Assembly: GCA_963719495.1 (NCBI GenBank)
Contig: CAVRCI010000002.1
Location: forward strand, 764,516-828,515
Direction: 5' to 3'
DNA length: 64,000 nt
Source: an uncultured Verrucomicrobiae bacterium
Lineage (GTDB): Bacteria; Verrucomicrobiota; Verrucomicrobiia; Chthoniobacterales; JAATET01
Shown here: positions 58,678 to 64,000 of the stretch, piece after piece
Layout: every line of letters starts with the position of its first letter
Numbering within the stretch: position 1 is the first letter of the stretch
Notes under the pieces: model-generated
The model's database searches: none
What the model was told of the DNA's origin: nothing
What the model saw: only the letters and a program-made list of their open reading frames with translations
Translations under genes and position numbers: made by a program

Positions 58678-59838
58678 TCACACCTCCGCCACAAACTCCC
58701 CAATCCGCCCCATCGCCACCTTGATCTTCTCCAACCCCGTCGCGTAACTACACCGAACGTGACCCTCCCCATAGGCCCCAAACGCGGTCCCCGGCACCAC
58801 CGCCACGTTTTTCTCCCTTAGCAATCGCATCGAGAATTCCCGACTCGTCAGCCCCGTCGACGTAATCTTCGGGAAGACGTAGAATGCCCCCCGCGGTTTG
58901 AAGCAATCCAGCCCGGCCTCGTTCAGCGCGCTCACCGCGTAATTCCGCCGCCCCTCGTATTCCCCCCGCATCTTAGCGACCGACGGCGCCCCCCGTTCGA
59001 GCGCCTCGATCGCCGCGTCCTGACTCGTGATCGAAGCGCACAGGATCGAATATTGATGAATCTTCATCATCGCGTCGATGATCTCACCCGGCCCGCAGGC
59101 GTAACCAATCCGGAACCCCGTCATCGCGTAAGCCTTGGACATCCCGTTGAGCAGAACCGTCCGCTCGCGCATCCCCGGGAACGAAGCCAGGCTCACGCAG
59201 CGCCCACCATCATAAGTGAGCTCGCTGTAGATCTCATCCGTCAGCACCAGCAAATCCCGCCGCACGCACACTTCCGCCAGCGCCGCCGCACTAGCCTCGG
59301 TCAAAGTCGCCCCCGTCGGGTTCGTCGGGAAGTTCAGCATCACAACGCGCGTCCGCGGCCCGATCGCCGCCTCCAGATCCGCCGCCGTCAGCACGAATTC
59401 ATCCTCCGCCCGCGTCGGGATCGCCCGCGCCACCCCGTGGGCGAGAGCCACGCTCGGATTGTAGGACACGTAGCACGGCTCGTGATACAGCACCTCGTCG
59501 CCCGGATTGAGCATCGCCCTCAGCGCCGTATCGATCGCCTCGGACACGCCCACCGCCACCAGCACCTCCGATTTCGGATCGTAGCGAAGTCCGAACGAAC
59601 GGTCGACGTAGTCCGAAATCGCCTGACGCAACCGCGGCAAGCCCAGATTCGAAGAATACCCGGTCCGCCCCCGCTCGAGGGAATAAATCGCCGCCTCGCG
59701 GATGTGCCACGGCGTCACGAAATCCGGCTCGCCGATTCCCAGCGAGATCACGTCGTCCATCGACTGAACGATCTCGAAAAAATCCCGGATGCCCGACTTC
59801 GGAATCGTCCGGATGTGCTCCGCAACCCGGCTCCTCAC
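58678..59838 (-). CDS. PLP-dependent aminotransferase class I/II
   Basis: GIGEPDF, NFPTNPTG, DEIY, SKAYAMTGFRIG. Confidence 0.93.
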   Translation of the reverse strand: MRSRVAEHIRTIPKSGIRDFFEIVQSMDDVISLGIGEPDFVTPWHIREAAIYSLERGRTGYSSNLGLPRLRQAISDYVDRSFGLRYDPKSEVLVAVGVSEAIDTALRAMLNPGDEVLYHEPCYVSYNPSVALAHGVARAIPTRAEDEFVLTAADLEAAIGPRTRVVMLNFPTNPTGATLTEASAAALAEVCVRRDLLVLTDEIYSELTYDGGRCVSLASFPGMRERTVLLNGMSKAYAMTGFRIGYACGPGEIIDAMMKIHQYSILCASITSQDAAIEALERGAPSVAKMRGEYEGRRNYAVSALNEAGLDCFKPRGAFYVFPKITSTGLTSREFSMRLLREKNVAVVPGTAFGAYGEGHVRCSYATGLEKIKVAMGRIGEFVAEV

Positions 59839-60314
59839 GGCGAGACGGACAACCGTTCAGCCGTCGGCTCCTGGTGGTGAAACGTCCCGTTCTCCTTGTA
59901 AGTCTTCAGCCGGAAACGCGTCGCCGTCGAAAGAACCCCCTCGATCGTACTCAGCTTCCGCGCCACGAACTCGGCCACGTCCCGCAGATTCCCGGCCTGC
60001 ACTTGAATGAGGAGATCGTATCCCCCACTCATCAGGTAGCAGCTCTGCACCTCGTCGAATTTCGCGATCCGCGAAGCGATCCGGTCGAATCCCCCATCAC
60101 GCTCCGGAGTGATCCGCACCTCGATCATCGACGTCACCAGATCCGGACTCCACTTGTCCCGATTGATCACCGTCTGATACCCCACGATCACCCCCTCGGC
60201 CTCCAGATCAGCCACCCGCGCGTTCACGTCCTCGACCGGGAGATCGAGCAAACGCGCCACGTCCTCCCGCGGCATCATCGGATTGTGTTCGAGCAGATCG
60301 AGAAGCGCTTGCAT
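59835..60314 (-). CDS. Lrp/AsnC-family transcriptional regulator
   Basis: HTH followed by VQSCYLMSGGYDL; coupled to the aminotransferase gene. Confidence 0.9.
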   Translation of the reverse strand: MQALLDLLEHNPMMPREDVARLLDLPVEDVNARVADLEAEGVIVGYQTVINRDKWSPDLVTSMIEVRITPERDGGFDRIASRIAKFDEVQSCYLMSGGYDLLIQVQAGNLRDVAEFVARKLSTIEGVLSTATRFRLKTYKENGTFHHQEPTAERLSVSP

Positions 60315-60398
60315 CGGAAAAACGACAAACATGCCAACTCGACAAACGCCCCGCAATCACCATTGTGAAACGCCTGAAAATCACGTAGAACCCCTCCC

Positions 60399-60788
60399 AT
60401 GCCCGCACCAAAAAAGAAGACCGCCGCCAAGAAACCAGCCGCCAAGAAAGCTTCGCCGACCCAGGCAGCCGTCACCGGCGTGAAAAAAACCGCCGCCGCC
60501 ACGAAGAAAAAAGCGACGATTCCAAAGACCGCGTCCGCCAAGGCCAAAGCAACGAAAGCCATCCCCGCCGACCGCGAACAGAAGCTCGCCGAGCAGGCCC
60601 TCAGCCTCGTCGATCAAGCCGCCGCCGTCCTCCGCGACCGCATCCGCGACGGAGCCACCCAGACCGCAAAGGGCCGCCTGGCCGCCAAAAAGAAAGCCAA
60701 CACGCTCCTAACCCGAGCCAACGGCAATCTGAACAAGGCCATCGACAGCGGAACGTCGAACCTCCAAAAGCTCCTGGGCAAGCTCTAG
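60399..60788 (+). CDS. Lys/Ala-rich histone H1-like protein
   Basis: KKTAAKKPAAKK repeats followed by a helical C-terminus. Confidence 0.65.
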   Translation: MPAPKKKTAAKKPAAKKASPTQAAVTGVKKTAAATKKKATIPKTASAKAKATKAIPADREQKLAEQALSLVDQAAAVLRDRIRDGATQTAKGRLAAKKKANTLLTRANGNLNKAIDSGTSNLQKLLGKL

Positions 60789-61396
60789 CCAGGGGAGCGC
60801 ACGCCTCCCGGCGTGCGCGGAGCGGCGTCCCGCCGCTCCGAATTGCACGCAAGTGCACCGCATTCCGTAACCACCCGGTCCACGCAAAAGTCGTGCCCAT
60901 CCATCGGCACCCCAGCGACCACTTGCCGGCCAAACGCCACCCCTAAGCGCAAAACCCCCGGCGGCAATTCAGCTAGCAGCCGGTCATAAAACCCGCCCCC
61001 CCGCCCCAGCCTCCCCCCGGCCCGGTCGAAAGCCACTCCCGGCACGAGGACCACGTCAGCGTCCCCCGGCACGACCTCCCGCGCCTCCATCCCAGGCTCC
61101 CGCACCCCCAACCCACCAGGAACCAATTCCCCCAGCCCCCCCGCTTCAAAAAACCGCAGACCGTCACCCATCACCCGCGGAAACCCAAACCGCATTCCCG
61201 GCACCGCCCCACCCCACCAATCCGGCTCCGAAGCTAAAGGCGCAAACCCCAGCACGCACCGAGCCCCAACCCGCTCCAGTTCCGCCCGCACTTCCCGCGC
61301 AATCGACCGGGAAGCCGAAGCCCGCGCGTCCAGCGTCATCCCCCCCAGCCACTCCCGCATCACCGCCCGCATCGCCCGTTTCTCCTCGGAAATCAT
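60785..61396 (-). CDS. ygfA: 5-formyltetrahydrofolate cyclo-ligase
   Basis: VLVPGVAFDRAGGRLGRGGGFYDR, HDFCVD. Confidence 0.92.
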   Translation of the reverse strand: MISEEKRAMRAVMREWLGGMTLDARASASRSIAREVRAELERVGARCVLGFAPLASEPDWWGGAVPGMRFGFPRVMGDGLRFFEAGGLGELVPGGLGVREPGMEAREVVPGDADVVLVPGVAFDRAGGRLGRGGGFYDRLLAELPPGVLRLGVAFGRQVVAGVPMDGHDFCVDRVVTECGALACNSERRDAAPRTPGGVRSPG

Positions 61397-61444
61397 CCCA
61401 CTCACCCTACCGACCGACACCCACCCCGTCACCACCCGACAACC

Positions 61445-61628
61445 CGCCCAGTCACGAGAGACATCCGTGTCCATCCGGGTCCAGGGTGTGATTGAAAGTG
61501 CGTCCAAGGCTGAGCCAAAGGTGCCAGTAAGATTGGAATCAACGAGCCAGCCCGCGTCGAGCCGCGAGTAAAGCCTACCTCGGGTGGCCATGATATCACC
61601 CGCGCGGAGAAGCAAATCTCCGGGCACC
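61445..61628 (-). ncRNA. ssrS: 6S RNA
   Basis: About 185 nt directly upstream of ygfA. The ends pair (GCCCGG/CTGGGC), GGGTG pairs with CACCC, and the bubble-like GATATCAT and TCAATCACACCCTGGACC segments parallel E. coli 6S. Confidence 0.7.
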
Positions 61629-61660
61629 CTCGGAGTCGGCGGCAGAGCGCCCCAACCAAT

Positions 61661-61881
61661 CCATTACCTGTAAAATGTGACGACCGTTACATTTTACAGG
61701 TAATGGACTGATGGCGAGGTCCTCGGAAGAGCCCGGGCTTTACTGCTGGCGAGCCGGAGCTTGCCCTCCGGAAGGCCGCGGATCCGGGGGTCCCCGGACG
61801 GGGAGTGACGAGCGAACGAATGAACGAATGAACGATTGAATTCTCTCCCGATAAAACGTAACGGCCGTTACGTTTTATCGG
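61661..61881. repeat. Two related long palindromes
   Basis: 61661-61706 is a 46-bp near-perfect palindrome and 61848-61881 a perfect 34-bp one. They share the core TAAAA.GT.ACG.CCGTTAC.TTTTA. Confidence 0.8.
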
Positions 61882-62127
61882 TCGACTCCGCGGGAATTGG
61901 GGGGGCGTCTGGATGAGGCGGGAGACCCGATGCTGCGAGGCCTTGGACCGTGGCGATCTCCCACGGACTCGTCGCCAGCCTCCTGCCGTCCCCTCCGTCA
62001 GACGTTGTTGGCGTTCACGAGATTCTTCTTCCGATCACGACGCGCTTTCGATCACACCCCCGGGTCCATCCTCACCCATCGGTGGTTTGCATTTGCCCCC
62101 AAACCCGCCGAAACTCCTCGACCACCG

Positions 62128-63057
62128 ATGGTTCGAAAACTGATCACCAAAAAACTCGGCGAGCGCCGCCGCCCCGAGCACCACATCACGATGAAGCCCG
62201 GCAGCGGCTGGCACAAACGCAACTTCCTCGCCGAGGTCCTCATCCCCTCCCTCTTCACCCGCCGCAACGGATCGAACCTCAAGCCCGACTTCCCCCCGAT
62301 CGGCGAAAATCAGATCTGCATCACCTGGACCGGCCACGCCTCCTTCCTCATCCAGACCGCCCGCACGTCCATCCTCATCGACCCAAACTGGGCCAAGTGG
62401 CTCAAAGTCATCAAGCGCATCAAGCAGCCCGGCCTCGAGCTCCACGACCTCCCCGACATCGACCTCGTCCTCGTCACCCACGCCCACTTCGACCACCTCG
62501 ACAAAAAAACCCTCCGCGCCGTCGCCGACCAACAACCCATCGTCGTCCCCGAAAACGTCGGCAGCCTCGTCAAGAACCTCGGCTTTCACGTCGTCCACGA
62601 GCTTCCCGTCTGGGAATCCATCGAGCACGAAGACGTCCGCGTCACCCTCACCCCCGCCTACCACTGGGGCGCCCGCGTCCTCCACGACGTCCACCGCGGC
62701 TTCGGCGGCTTCCTCATCGAAGTCGGCGGCCGCTCCATCCTCCACGCCGGCGACAGCGCCTACGTCCCCGGATTTTTCGAAAAAATCGCCGACCGCCACA
62801 ACGTCGAGATCGCCCTCCTCCCCATCGGAGCCTACGAGGCCCCCAGCAAACGCGACGTCCACATGAACCCCGAACAGGCCGTCCAAGCGTTCCAGGAGCT
62901 GAGAGCCCGCACCCTCATCCCCATGCACTACGGCACGTTTCGCCTCAGCTACGAACCCCCCACCGAACCCCCCGAACGCCTCTGCGAAGCCGCCAAAAAG
63001 CTCGGCATCCTCCCAAAAGTCCACGTCCTCACCGAAGGCCAACCCGTTCTGTTCTGA
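62128..63057 (+). CDS. Metallo-beta-lactamase-fold hydrolase (NAPE-PLD/RomA-like)
   Basis: WTGHAS, THAHFDHLD, HAGDS, LPIGAY, PMHYGTF. Confidence 0.9.
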   Translation: MVRKLITKKLGERRRPEHHITMKPGSGWHKRNFLAEVLIPSLFTRRNGSNLKPDFPPIGENQICITWTGHASFLIQTARTSILIDPNWAKWLKVIKRIKQPGLELHDLPDIDLVLVTHAHFDHLDKKTLRAVADQQPIVVPENVGSLVKNLGFHVVHELPVWESIEHEDVRVTLTPAYHWGARVLHDVHRGFGGFLIEVGGRSILHAGDSAYVPGFFEKIADRHNVEIALLPIGAYEAPSKRDVHMNPEQAVQAFQELRARTLIPMHYGTFRLSYEPPTEPPERLCEAAKKLGILPKVHVLTEGQPVLF

Positions 63058-63136
63058 TCTTTCAAGTGGGGAGCACAGGCTTCCAGCCTGTTGGGCAAGG
63101 CATCCTGCCTAGCAACCCCACCCCGAACGCGAAGCG

Positions 63137-63934
63137 TCACTCTTCCGTTTCCCCCAGCACCTCCCGCAACCCTTCGTAACTCCCCGGCCGCTCGGGATTC
63201 CGCGCCAACCCCCGAATCACCCCCGCGGCCAACCGCCCCCCTTCGCCGTCGTAGTCGCGCGAGAAACGCCCGAACTCCGCCCCCGCGTCATCCCCGGCCC
63301 GATCGCTCACCACCCGAAGAGCCAACATCGGCACCTCATTCGCGCCGCACGCCACGGCGAGGCCAAAGAGATTCATGTCAATCGCCCCCGCCCCGGTCCG
63401 CTCCCGCAACGCATCGCGAAACGAATCCGAAGCGCTGAAAATCTCCCCACTTGCCACCGCCAGCCGCGGCAAATCCCCCAGCCCAGTCACCCACTCCGGC
63501 ACCGCCAGCTCGAACGTCGCCGCCCGCGCCAGCGAAAAACCGCCTTCGTCCTCCGTCCCCCGCTGGTAAGCCACCACCCGCTCCACGCGAAACCACTCCC
63601 CCACCTTCGCCTTCGCATCCAAGGTCCCGACGGGTCCGACCGAAATCACCAGATCGCACGGATACTTCCTCAGCACCCCCTGCACCGTCACCGCCGTCGT
63701 CACGGCCCCCGCCCCCATCTTCGCCGCCACCACCCGATGATCGCCCAAGTCGAGAAGTTCCACCGAAGTGCCACCGACCTTCACCGTCCGCCCACCGCTC
63801 CCCCCGGCCTCCGCCCGTAGAGCCGCCACGTCCCCGTCCAGCGCGTAGAAAAAACCAATCGTGTCACCCGACGTCGCACCCGCCGCGAGCCCCAAAATCG
63901 TCAAAGCGCCGGAAAATATCCTCCTACGAATCAT
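63137..63934 (-). CDS. Secreted nucleoside phosphorylase-like protein (paralog of 24709-25509)
   Basis: Shares HRVVAAK, ERVVAYQRGTED, IDMNLFGLA and EFGRFSRDYDGEGGRLA with the paralog. Confidence 0.75.
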   Translation of the reverse strand: MIRRRIFSGALTILGLAAGATSGDTIGFFYALDGDVAALRAEAGGSGGRTVKVGGTSVELLDLGDHRVVAAKMGAGAVTTAVTVQGVLRKYPCDLVISVGPVGTLDAKAKVGEWFRVERVVAYQRGTEDEGGFSLARAATFELAVPEWVTGLGDLPRLAVASGEIFSASDSFRDALRERTGAGAIDMNLFGLAVACGANEVPMLALRVVSDRAGDDAGAEFGRFSRDYDGEGGRLAAGVIRGLARNPERPGSYEGLREVLGETEE

Positions 63935-64000
63935 CACCCAACGAGCTAACTCAAATCGGTCAACCCCCGCAAGCCTCAGAAAAGCGACATTTCAAGGAGC

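Overview
High-GC bacterial chromosomal window. Gene style and repeat families suggest Verrucomicrobiota (inference). The window most likely spans the replication terminus: the + strand is G-rich up to about 45 kb and C-rich after about 55 kb regardless of gene orientation, and a 28-bp dif-like site lies at 49794-49821. Core genes include ftsK (one-base frameshift), rodZ-like, ribE, cydAB, an osmoprotectant ABC transporter, rlmD-like, PBP1A, a siroheme decarboxylase-like gene, trpA, recR, clpX-like, a Ser/Thr kinase, rluD-like, UDG, tRNA-Ala(CGC), and 6S RNA with ygfA. The most notable accessory content: (i) a tightly coupled methyltransferase-nitrilase-ProA-GCS2-SDR cluster with no proB; (ii) a lexA-imuA-imuB-dnaE2 cassette whose LexA has a divergent recognition helix and a perfect 20-bp palindrome at its start codon, split by an antisense Phd-VapC module bracketed by heptamer arrays; (iii) a 280-bp MITE with an 11-bp target duplication, whose end recurs next to the same CTGACCC motif; (iv) nested REP-like palindromes; (v) fused gene relics and several paralogous secreted proteins of unknown function. 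All calls were made by eye, without database searches.
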